A DNA stretch of 11,007 nucleotides from a bacterium (GCA_041946805.1 JBHGBC010000184.1:1-11007); one strand, 5' to 3'. Positions 1 through 8,723 are shown, counted from the first letter of the stretch. Notes: generated by a model not told the origin, from the sequence alone. A program made the numbers and translations.

Positions 1-56
1 ATAAACCGCCCATCTTATTCGATCCCCCTCTTTGCGAAAAATCCTCCCCATGGAGA

Positions 57-84
57 TTGAAAACCTCCGCTCAGCGCTTACAAT
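57..84 (+). promoter_or_regulatory. Putative sigma70 promoter of the tRNA-Leu gene
   Basis: TTGAAA (57-62), 16-bp spacer, TACAAT (79-84), ending 33 bp upstream of the tRNA 5' end. Confidence 0.6.
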
Positions 85-117
85 AAGACCTTGCGAATCT
101 GCCCATCGGTTTGCCAT

Positions 118-201
118 GCCGGAGTGGTGGAAGTGGTAGACGCGCCAGACTCAAAATCTGGTGTCCTTCGGGACGTGAGGGTTCGAGTCCCTCCTCCGGC
201 A
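118..201 (+). tRNA. tRNA-Leu (anticodon CAA); CCA end not encoded
   Basis: Acceptor stem GCCGGAG/CTCCGGC plus discriminator A; D-loop GGAAGTGGTAGAC; anticodon arm CCAGA-CTCAAAA-TCTGG (CAA at 152-154); long variable arm GTCC-TTCG-GGAC; T-arm GAGGG-TTCGAGT-CCCTC. Confidence 0.97.
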
Positions 202-234
202 GGATTGATTCCATCCCGATATATCCCAATATCA

Positions 235-281
235 CCGCAGGTTAAAACCTACGGCTACTCATTTGAATCCCCTTCGGGGAT
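235..281 (-). repeat. REP-like element: GTAG + hairpin, with an adjacent small hairpin
   Basis: Minus strand of 235-258 reads GTAG-CCGTAGGT-TTTA-ACCTGCGG; a second hairpin ATCCCC-TTC-GGGGAT lies at 267-281. Confidence 0.5.
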
Positions 282-365
282 GGCCCGTAAAACCAATCAC
301 GCTTCCTCTCTCCACGTCCGGGATAATCAGTCACCGAAATTCCCTTTTCTTACCCCACTCCCCGG

Positions 366-399
366 AAAAAGAAATAGGGGCACGTGGCAGCGTGCCCCT
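366..399 (-). terminator. Probable intrinsic terminator of the nfnAB-like gene
   Basis: On the minus strand a 9-bp GC-rich stem (376-399) is followed by ATTTCTTTTT, about 46 nt past the stop codon at 446. Confidence 0.55.
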
Positions 400-401
400 G
401 C
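374..401 (+). repeat. GTAG-family REP-like palindrome, copy 1
   Basis: ATAGGGGCACG-TGGCAG-CGTGCCCCTGC with a perfect 9-bp stem; 24/28 identical to the reverse complement of 9743-9770. Confidence 0.7.
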
Positions 402-445
402 GTGACGCAATCCGTTTACGAATTATCTTGCGAATTCCGCGCTTC

Positions 446-2842
446 TCACAAGATTGAAACAGTTTCCTCCGTCATCATGAACTCATGCATGGCGTTCGCC
501 GCGATCCGGCCCTGGCCCATGGCCATGATCACCGTCGAGCCGCCGGTGATGGAATCGCCGCCCGCGAACACCTTGCTCCGGCTGGTGGCTCCCTTCTCCT
601 TGTCCACTTTGATCACTCCCCAGCGGTCCAACTCCAGACCCGCCGTCGTGCTCGGGACCAAGGGATTGACGCCGAAGCCCAGCGCGGTGATCACCGTGTC
701 CACCGGCATCCGGAACGCCGATCCCTCGGCCGGCACCGGCCGTTTGCGCCCCGTAGCGTCCGGCTCGCCCAGTTCCATGCGGACGCATTCCATCTCCCGC
801 ACCCACCCGGTTTCATCGCCGATCCATGCCGAGGGATTGGTCAGCAGGGCGAAGCGCACCCCTTCCTGGCGGGCGTGCTCGATCTCCTCGGCCCGCGCGG
901 GCGATTCGTCGAGGGTGCGGCGGTAGACGATGGTCACCTCTTCCGCGCCCAGGCGGAGGCTGACGCGCGCCGCGTCCATGGCCGTGTTGCCGCAGCCGAC
1001 CACCGCCACCCGTTTGCCCACCGTGACCGGGGTTCCATACTCGGGAAAGCGGTCGGCGCGCATGAGGTTAACCCGCGTGAGAAATTCGTTGGCCGTGTAA
1101 ATGCCTTTCAGGTTTTCGCCGGGGATGTTCATCATCCGGGGCAAACCCGCGCCCGTGCCGAGAAACACCGTGTCGAATCCGTCCCGCTCCAACAGTTCAT
1201 CCACGGTCTTCGACTTGCCGATGATCACGTTGACATGAAAGCGCACCCCCATCCGTTTCAAGGCTTCGATCTCGCTGTCCACAATCGCGTTCGGCAGTCG
1301 GAACTCGGGAATGCCATACACCAGCACGCCGCCCAGGCGGTGCAATGCCTCGAAGACGTGCACCTCATGCCCCTTGGCGGCCAGGTCGCCCGCCACGGTC
1401 AGGCTGGCGGGTCCGGAACCGACCACGGCGGCCTTCTTGCCGGTGGGCGCGGGAAGGGTCACAGACTCGCCGCTTTCATGCGCCCGCGCATAATCAGCCA
1501 CAAAGCGCTCCAGGCGGCCGATGGCCACCGGCTCGCGCTTGCCCTGCAAAACGCAACGGACCTCGCATTGCGTCTCCTGCGGGCACACGCGTCCGCAGAC
1601 CGCGGGCAGCACGTTGGTTTCCTTGATCACCCGGGCGGCCTCCAGGTACTTGCGCTCCCGCACCAGGCGGATGAAACGGGGGATGTCCACGCCCACGGGA
1701 CACCCCTCCACGCACTTGGGATTCTTGCAATCGAGACAGCGGTACGCCTCCGCCCGCGCCTGCTCCACGCTGTAGCCCAAGGCGACTTCGTCAAAATTCC
1801 TCCGCCGGACCTCGGGCGGCTGCTCGGGCATGCGCTGGCGCTGGATCGCCATCCGCTCCTTGGCGGACAGGGGGCCGTTGTTCAGGTTCACGCCGGGGGG
1901 CACATCGGCCTTTCCCCACGCCCGGATCGTGAATTCGATCTCCTCCAACGAACTGGTCCGCGGGCAGAGCGGCGCGTGGCCGTCCGTCCCGTTTCGGTGA
2001 TGCTCCAGCGCCCGGCGTTCGTGTTCGGCATACCATTTCTGCCGGTTCGTCAACTCTTCGAAATCCACCTGGTGCCCGTCGAAATCGGGCCCGTCGAAAC
2101 AGGCGAAACGCGATTGCTTCCCCACATTCACCCGGCACCCGCCGCACATCCCCGTGCCGTCCACCATCAATGCGTTGAGCGACACCGTGCAGCCGATCCC
2201 CAGCGGTTTCGTCATCCGGGCCACGGCCGCCATCATGGGCACCGGCCCGACCGCGAAGGTATGATTCACCGTCGTTTCCTCATCGAGTACCGCCCGCAGC
2301 GCGTCCGTCACCAGCCCCGGCATCCCCGCCGAACCGTCATTGGTGCACAGCCGGACTTCGTCACACGCCTCCCGCATTTCCTTTTCCAGCAGGATCAGGT
2401 TCCGCGTCCGCGCTCCGATGATCCCGATCACGCGGTTGCCCGCCTGGCGCAGGGCCGTGGCGATGGGAATCAACGCGCCCACGCCATAGCCACCGCCCAG
2501 GCACGCCACGGTCCCGTAATTCTCGACCGGGCTGGGATGGCCGAGGGGGCCCACGATGCTGAAGAACGAATCCCCCACATCCAGGGCCACGATTTCCCGC
2601 GTGGTTTTTCCAATGGCCTGCACCACGAAATACACGCCGCCTTTTTCCGGATTCGAACCCGCCAGCGAGAGGGGAATGCGTTCCGCTTTTTCATGCGGGC
2701 ATACGATCATGAATTGCCCCGCCCGGCGGGCCTGCGCCACCAGGGGGGCGTGCGCTTCGAACCAATACGTATCGGGGGCGATTGCCTTCTTCTGGAGGAT
2801 TTCAAACATGGGTGGATTCACGCGGGACCGCGCCGCGGGCAT
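446..2842 (-). CDS. nfnAB: Fused NfnA-NfnB-like (SudB-SudA / PyrK-GltD-like) flavoprotein; probable NADH-dependent reduced ferredoxin:NADP+ oxidoreductase, a family often auto-annotated as glutamate synthase
   Basis: 798 aa. N-terminal part: GQF..ERIPLSLA, GPLG, GGGYG, GPVPMM and the [2Fe-2S] motif DGTGMCGGCRV..C.DGPDF. C-terminal part: RCLDCKNPKCVEGCPV, CGRVCPQETQCE, GSGPAS, YGIPEFRL, GCGNTAMD, YRR, FAGGD. SD-like GGAGAAGG precedes ATG 2842; alternative start at 2809. Confidence 0.88.
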   Translation of the reverse strand: MPAARSRVNPPMFEILQKKAIAPDTYWFEAHAPLVAQARRAGQFMIVCPHEKAERIPLSLAGSNPEKGGVYFVVQAIGKTTREIVALDVGDSFFSIVGPLGHPSPVENYGTVACLGGGYGVGALIPIATALRQAGNRVIGIIGARTRNLILLEKEMREACDEVRLCTNDGSAGMPGLVTDALRAVLDEETTVNHTFAVGPVPMMAAVARMTKPLGIGCTVSLNALMVDGTGMCGGCRVNVGKQSRFACFDGPDFDGHQVDFEELTNRQKWYAEHERRALEHHRNGTDGHAPLCPRTSSLEEIEFTIRAWGKADVPPGVNLNNGPLSAKERMAIQRQRMPEQPPEVRRRNFDEVALGYSVEQARAEAYRCLDCKNPKCVEGCPVGVDIPRFIRLVRERKYLEAARVIKETNVLPAVCGRVCPQETQCEVRCVLQGKREPVAIGRLERFVADYARAHESGESVTLPAPTGKKAAVVGSGPASLTVAGDLAAKGHEVHVFEALHRLGGVLVYGIPEFRLPNAIVDSEIEALKRMGVRFHVNVIIGKSKTVDELLERDGFDTVFLGTGAGLPRMMNIPGENLKGIYTANEFLTRVNLMRADRFPEYGTPVTVGKRVAVVGCGNTAMDAARVSLRLGAEEVTIVYRRTLDESPARAEEIEHARQEGVRFALLTNPSAWIGDETGWVREMECVRMELGEPDATGRKRPVPAEGSAFRMPVDTVITALGFGVNPLVPSTTAGLELDRWGVIKVDKEKGATSRSKVFAGGDSITGGSTVIMAMGQGRIAANAMHEFMMTEETVSIL

Positions 2843-2864
2843 ATCCCTTCTCCGGTCTTTTGAT

Positions 2865-2895
2865 ATTATAGTTATTTATTTAAATATTTAATCAA
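2865..2895 (-). promoter_or_regulatory. Putative internal promoter for the nfnAB-like gene with an overlapping AT-rich palindrome
   Basis: Minus strand TTGATT-19 bp-TATAAT (perfect -10 at 2865-2870, spacer long); palindrome TTAAATATTTAA at 2880-2891. Confidence 0.5.
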
Positions 2896-2932
2896 CCATG
2901 GATTATGCAGGGTCATAAGGGCCATTCTGTGC

Positions 2933-2961
2933 GGCAGACGCTGGGGATTCCGGCGCCCGCC
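2933..2961 (-). other. Stem-loop just downstream of the gdhA stop codon
   Basis: mRNA strand GGCGGGCGCCGG-AATCC-CCAGCGTCTGCC pairs at 11/12 positions including G-U; outer arms CCATTCT/AGAATGG at about 2922-2979; no U-tract. Confidence 0.5.
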
Positions 2962-2980
2962 GTGACGGTACGAGAATGGA

Positions 2981-4351
<1,371 letters not shown>

Positions 4352-4430
4352 TCAGGAGAGGGGGCGAGATGGTGTGGGCGTGGCGCCGAATTGCCTTGAT
4401 TGTAAAACGGTATTTTAGTGACTATTTATA

Positions 4431-4448
4431 TTGGCAACCTAATGCCAA
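4431..4448. promoter_or_regulatory. Palindrome TTGGCA-N6-TGCCAA over the predicted gdhA transcription start
   Basis: TTGGCA-ACCTAA-TGCCAA has perfect 6-bp arms and abuts the -10 element. Confidence 0.5.
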
Positions 4449-4476
4449 ATATAATTGGAACGGGATTTCCAGTCAA
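4448..4476 (-). promoter_or_regulatory. sigma70 promoter for gdhA
   Basis: Minus strand TTGACT (4476-4471), 17-bp spacer, TATATT (4453-4448); both hexamers match consensus at 5/6. Confidence 0.75.
4457..4470. promoter_or_regulatory. NrpR-type operator GGAA-N6-TTCC
   Basis: (T)GGAA-CGGGAT-TTCC(A) is an exact match to the Methanococcus NrpR operator consensus. It lies inside the gdhA promoter spacer, divergent from an nrpR-family gene. Confidence 0.7.
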
Positions 4477-5048
4477 GAGGATCTAAAAATAATTTGTGAT
4501 TTTGGGGGTGATTTTGGCTCATTCGGTCCAAGTATGCCTGTTTTTTTAAAAACCAATCACCATTCCACCCGGCCATTCGGCGAGCCAACCAAAAAGAGGT
4601 TACCATCCCTCCGCAAGAGGATCAGGGTGAGGAAAGACCAATCGGATGGGATCACTTTCAGTCATGCCGGATTCACCCACCCAAACCCATGGAGACAATC
4701 TTGTCATCCTTTTAAATTCTGCGTTATCCGCGTCTCCGCGGTGCATCTCCTTTAGGATCCCCCCCTGGCGCGGGGAATACATCCCGCCTCACCGGCTATG
4801 GAAAAAGGTTATCCAGACACGGCTGTATCCAAAAAACTGGAAAATTTGACCCTTTTTTAGTTCAATTCCCCTAGTAAACGGCATTTCTTTGTCTATTATT
4901 ATGGTATGAATTCCACGAGTTATGCCAAATATACAGTATTTCATTGCTAAAATAATGATTAATTCATACCGTTTTTTGCCATTAAAAAGCCGTTTTGCTT
5001 CCATTTAAGGGTACCAATAGTTATTTTTTTGCCAATTGAAGGGCCGCC

Positions 5049-6065
5049 ATGGTGGAGATAAGCTCCAAACAAAAAATCGCCATTCTTCGCATACTCCGCG
5101 ATGCCCGCGAACCCATCGGCAGTTCCATCATCGCGGAGGAAATCAAGGCCTACGGCTTCGAACTCAGCGGCCGCACCATCCGCCTCTATCTCCAGGAATT
5201 AGAGAATCAGGGCTTCGTCACGTCGGCCAAACGCGGCCGGGACGGCGGCCGCGCCATCACCCAGCTCGGCTACGAAGAAATCCGCAACGCCCTGGTCAAC
5301 GAACGCGTCGGCTTCATGGCCAGCCGCATCGAATCCCTCGCCTGCCAGGTGACCTTCAATCCCGCCACACGCTCCGGCCGCGTCGTTCTCAACGTCACCC
5401 TCCTGGATCAAGCCAACCTGGCCGCCGCCGTCCGCGAAATGCAGCCCGTTTTCCAGTCCGGGCTGGGCATGGGTGATTACGCCGTGCTCATCGAGGGCGG
5501 CGGCCGTCTGGGAGGCTTCTACATCCCTCCCGGCATGGCCGGCGTGGGCACGATTTGCAGCGTGACCGTCAACGGCATCCTGCTGGGAGCCCGCGTGCCG
5601 GTGGCCTCGCGCTTCGGCGGCGTCTTGGAAATCAACGAAGGCAAACCCTTCCGCTTCACCGACGTGATCTATTACAACGGCACCACCCTCGATCCCCTGG
5701 AAATCTTCATCAAGGGCCGTCTCACCAGCGTGAGCGCCGCCGCCCGCCAGGGACAGGGGCGCATCGGCGCCAGCTTCCGCGAGATTCCCAATGTCTCCCT
5801 GCCCGTGATCGAGGAGATCCAGGCGGGTTTGGCCGACAGCGGGATGGGGCGCGGCCTCTTCCTCGGCAAACCGCATCAGCCCCTGCTCGACTTCCAGGTG
5901 GAAGAAGGCAAAACCGGCATGATCGTTTACGGCGGATTGAATCCCGTCGCCGCCATCGAGGAGGCGGGCATCCCCACCCAGAGCTACGCGCTTTCCACCC
6001 TGTACGAATTTCAAGAAATGGCCCACTACCAGGATCTGTTCCGCCAGGTTCTCCGTGAGGCATGA
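5049..6065 (+). CDS. nrpR: NrpR-family transcriptional regulator (N-terminal winged HTH + single DUF128/NRD domain)
   Basis: 338 aa. wHTH-like ILRIL..PIGSSIIAEEI..G..LSGRTIRLYLQELENQG. NRD-like motifs TICSVTVNGILL, FGGVLEI, RFTDVIYYNGTTLDPLEIFI, GASFREIP, GGLNPVAAIEEAGI. Confidence 0.85.
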   Translation: MVEISSKQKIAILRILRDAREPIGSSIIAEEIKAYGFELSGRTIRLYLQELENQGFVTSAKRGRDGGRAITQLGYEEIRNALVNERVGFMASRIESLACQVTFNPATRSGRVVLNVTLLDQANLAAAVREMQPVFQSGLGMGDYAVLIEGGGRLGGFYIPPGMAGVGTICSVTVNGILLGARVPVASRFGGVLEINEGKPFRFTDVIYYNGTTLDPLEIFIKGRLTSVSAAARQGQGRIGASFREIPNVSLPVIEEIQAGLADSGMGRGLFLGKPHQPLLDFQVEEGKTGMIVYGGLNPVAAIEEAGIPTQSYALSTLYEFQEMAHYQDLFRQVLREA

Positions 6066-6068
6066 TCC

Positions 6069-8723
6069 ATGGACGGTTCTCCTCTTCCCCCCGTGACCGC
6101 CCGTTCCCATACTCCCAGCACGGGCCTGCCCGCCCTGGACGCCATCCTGCAGGGAGTCCACCCCGGCGACAACATCGTCTGGCAGGTGGACCGCATCGAG
6201 GATTACCAGGCCTTCGTGGCTCCCTTCGTCCAACACGGCGTTCAATCCGGACAGAAGACCTTCTATGTCCGCTTCGCCCGGCACGAAGAACTCACGCCAG
6301 AACAGCCCGGCGTCACGCGCGTTCAACTTTACCCCGACCAGGGCTTCGAATGCTTCATCGACCGCATCCACGAAACCATCTGGCGCGAGGGGGAAGAGGC
6401 GTATTTCATCTTCGACTCGCTCTCCGAACTCGCCTACGATTGCTACAGCGACCGCATGGTCGGCAACTTCTTCATGCTGACCTGCCCCTTCCTGCTCAAA
6501 AGCAAGGCCATCGCCTATTTCGCGGTCCTGCGCAATTTCCATTCGTATCACGCCGCCACCCCCATCGCCGAAACCACCCAGATGCTGTTGGACGTGTACC
6601 GGTACGAAAACCGCCTCTACGTCCATCCCCTCAAGGTGAGCGGACGCCATTCCCCCGCCATCAACCAATTGCACCAGTGGGACCAAGACCGCTTCACCCT
6701 CATCACCCAAAGCCCGCTCGCGGCCGAAATCCTCGCTTCCGTCCCCTGGCCCGGTTTCGACTCCACTCTCTATCAAATGGGCGCCTGGAACCGGGTCTTT
6801 CTCCGCGCGGAAGAGATCTGGTCCGAACATCAACGCAAACCGGTTTCCCTGGAACCGGTCGAAAAGGCCACCGATCAATTGTTGAAAATGACGTTTGGCC
6901 GGGACGAGCGCCTGCACGCCATCGCCCGCCGCTACCTGCGGCTGCCCGACCTGCTGGCCATGCGCAAACGCATGATCGGCACCGGCCACACCGGCGGCAA
7001 GACCGCGGGGATGCTCGCGGCCCACGCCATCCTGCGCGAGTCGGATCCACGCTGGGAGTCGATCCTGGAAATCCACGACTCCTTCTATATCGCGTCCGAA
7101 GTCTTTTACACGTACCTGGTCCTCAACGATTGCTGGTGGCTGCGCCGCAAACAAAAAAAACCCCAGGAGTTTCTGGCCGTGCGGCAAAAAGCCCAGCAAT
7201 GCATCCTGAATGGCAACTTTCCGGATTACATCATCCGCCGCTTCGAGGCGATGTTGGATTACTTCGGCCAGGCCCCCATCATCGCGCGCTCCAGCAGCCT
7301 GCTGGAAGACAGCTTCGGCAACATGTTCGCCGGCCAGTACGAGACCATTTTCCTCCCCAACCAGGGTCCCCGGGCCAAACGCCTGGCCCGCTTCATCGAG
7401 GCCGTGAAACGCATCTACGCCAGCAGCATGTCCGAGGAAGTCCTGGCCTACCGCGCCACGCGGGGGAATCTGGATCAAGACGAGCAAATGGCCATCCTCG
7501 TCCAGCGCGTCTCCGGCGCCCAGTACGGACCCTATTTCTATCCCCACCTCGCCGGCATGGGCTATTCGTTCAATCCCTACGTCTGGAGCCGCCTTATCGA
7601 TCCCCAGGCGGGGGTCGTGCGCGTCGTGTTCGGCCTGGGTACCCGGGCCGTCACCTCCCGCCCGGACGATTACACCCGCGTGGCGGCGCTCAACGCCCCC
7701 AGCCGCCGGCCTGAAAACGGCGCGGACCAGGCGCGGCGGTACGCGCAGCGCAACGTGGATGTGCTCGACCTTGAAAACAACCGGCTGGCCACGGTTCCCT
7801 TCGCCGAACTGGCCGCCTACAAGCCCGCTTCGGACCGCCCCTCCCCTTCCGCTCCCGTGCCGCCCGCCGCCCTGTTCCTTTCGGACGAGGAACTGTTCCA
7901 AGGCCTCTCCGGCGAAATCCGCCGCTCCACCGAACCGGCGCTTTCCTTCGACCGCGTTTTCAACGACACGGACCTGCTCGCCGACCTTCAGGCCATGCTG
8001 CATTGCTTGCACCAGGCCTACGAGGCCCCCGTGGAAATCGAATTCACCGCGAATTTCACGGGCCCGAAAGACTACAAGATCAATCTCCTCCAATGCCGCC
8101 CCTTCCAACCCAAGGGCGGTTTGCCCGCCCAGGATCCCCCGCCGGACCTGCCGCGGGAACGCCTCCTCTTCCGCTCCCGCGCCGCCGTGATGGGACGCAG
8201 CCGCTGCGACCGGGTCCACCGGGTGATCCTCGTCCGCCTGGAACCCTACGGGGTCCTGCCGATCAACGACCGCTATTCGCTGGCCCGGGCGCTGGGTCAG
8301 CTGACGCGCAGACGGGATCCGCCCTTCGCCGGCAATATCCTCCTGCTGGGTCCCGGACGCTGGGGAACCACCACGCCTTCGCTCGGCGTGCCGGTCTCCT
8401 TCGCCGAGATCAGCGGGGTCACCATGCTGGGTGAAATCGCCGCCATGCGCGACGACCTGATCCCCGAGATCTCGCTGGGAACCCATTTCTTCAGCAACCT
8501 GGTGGAGTTGGATATCCTCTATTTCGCCTTGGATCCGCGCAAGGAAGGCTATTTCTTGAATGAGGAGCTGCTACTGGCGCGGGAAAACCGGCTGCTGGAC
8601 CTGCTCCCCTCCGCCGCCCGCTTTGCCGACACGCTCAAGGTCGCCGACTTCACCGGCTCCGAACCGCTGATCTTCAACGCCGACGCCATCGGGCAATCGG
8701 TGGTTTGCTATCTCGCCGATTAA
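6069..8723 (+). CDS. PEP synthase/PPDK N-terminal (ATP-grasp) domain protein with a degenerate KaiC/RecA-like N-terminus; function unknown
   Basis: 884 aa, starting 3 bp after the nrpR stop. ATP-grasp motifs GGK, RSSSLLED..FAGQYET, MAILVQ, GLG, EIEF, LLQCRP. N-terminal STGLPALDAILQG and FIFDSLSEL. C-terminal GPGRWG and SLGTHFF. Confidence 0.85.
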   Translation: MDGSPLPPVTARSHTPSTGLPALDAILQGVHPGDNIVWQVDRIEDYQAFVAPFVQHGVQSGQKTFYVRFARHEELTPEQPGVTRVQLYPDQGFECFIDRIHETIWREGEEAYFIFDSLSELAYDCYSDRMVGNFFMLTCPFLLKSKAIAYFAVLRNFHSYHAATPIAETTQMLLDVYRYENRLYVHPLKVSGRHSPAINQLHQWDQDRFTLITQSPLAAEILASVPWPGFDSTLYQMGAWNRVFLRAEEIWSEHQRKPVSLEPVEKATDQLLKMTFGRDERLHAIARRYLRLPDLLAMRKRMIGTGHTGGKTAGMLAAHAILRESDPRWESILEIHDSFYIASEVFYTYLVLNDCWWLRRKQKKPQEFLAVRQKAQQCILNGNFPDYIIRRFEAMLDYFGQAPIIARSSSLLEDSFGNMFAGQYETIFLPNQGPRAKRLARFIEAVKRIYASSMSEEVLAYRATRGNLDQDEQMAILVQRVSGAQYGPYFYPHLAGMGYSFNPYVWSRLIDPQAGVVRVVFGLGTRAVTSRPDDYTRVAALNAPSRRPENGADQARRYAQRNVDVLDLENNRLATVPFAELAAYKPASDRPSPSAPVPPAALFLSDEELFQGLSGEIRRSTEPALSFDRVFNDTDLLADLQAMLHCLHQAYEAPVEIEFTANFTGPKDYKINLLQCRPFQPKGGLPAQDPPPDLPRERLLFRSRAAVMGRSRCDRVHRVILVRLEPYGVLPINDRYSLARALGQLTRRRDPPFAGNILLLGPGRWGTTTPSLGVPVSFAEISGVTMLGEIAAMRDDLIPEISLGTHFFSNLVELDILYFALDPRKEGYFLNEELLLARENRLLDLLPSAARFADTLKVADFTGSEPLIFNADAIGQSVVCYLAD

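Noticed and set aside
118..445. tRNA as an integration site for an island or prophage
   Set aside because: No integrase and no duplicated tRNA 3' end in the window; flanking genes are metabolic.
91..457. Short ORFs over the tRNA and downstream spacer
   Set aside because: They overlap the tRNA and repeats, have TTG starts and show no protein features.
485..2863. 792-aa plus-strand ORF
   Set aside because: Antisense shadow of the nfnAB-like gene. High-GC codon bias suppresses stops, and the product is His/Arg/Gly-rich with no motifs.
4381..4447. sigma54 -24/-12 promoter (TGGC...TTGC)
   Set aside because: GG-to-GC spacing is 9 nt in both candidates; sigma54 requires 10.
7153..7160. A8 run as a frameshift or phase-variation site
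   Set aside because: The reading frame is intact (KQKKP) and the run is short.
6062..7714. 550-aa alternative-frame ORF overlapping the nrpR stop (ATGA)
   Set aside because: Arg/Pro-rich off-frame translation; the 6069 frame carries all the family motifs.
5199..8486. 1095-aa minus-strand ORF spanning nrpR and the dikinase-like gene
   Set aside because: Antisense shadow. It crosses both genes only because they share a frame (3-bp gap); no recognisable motifs.
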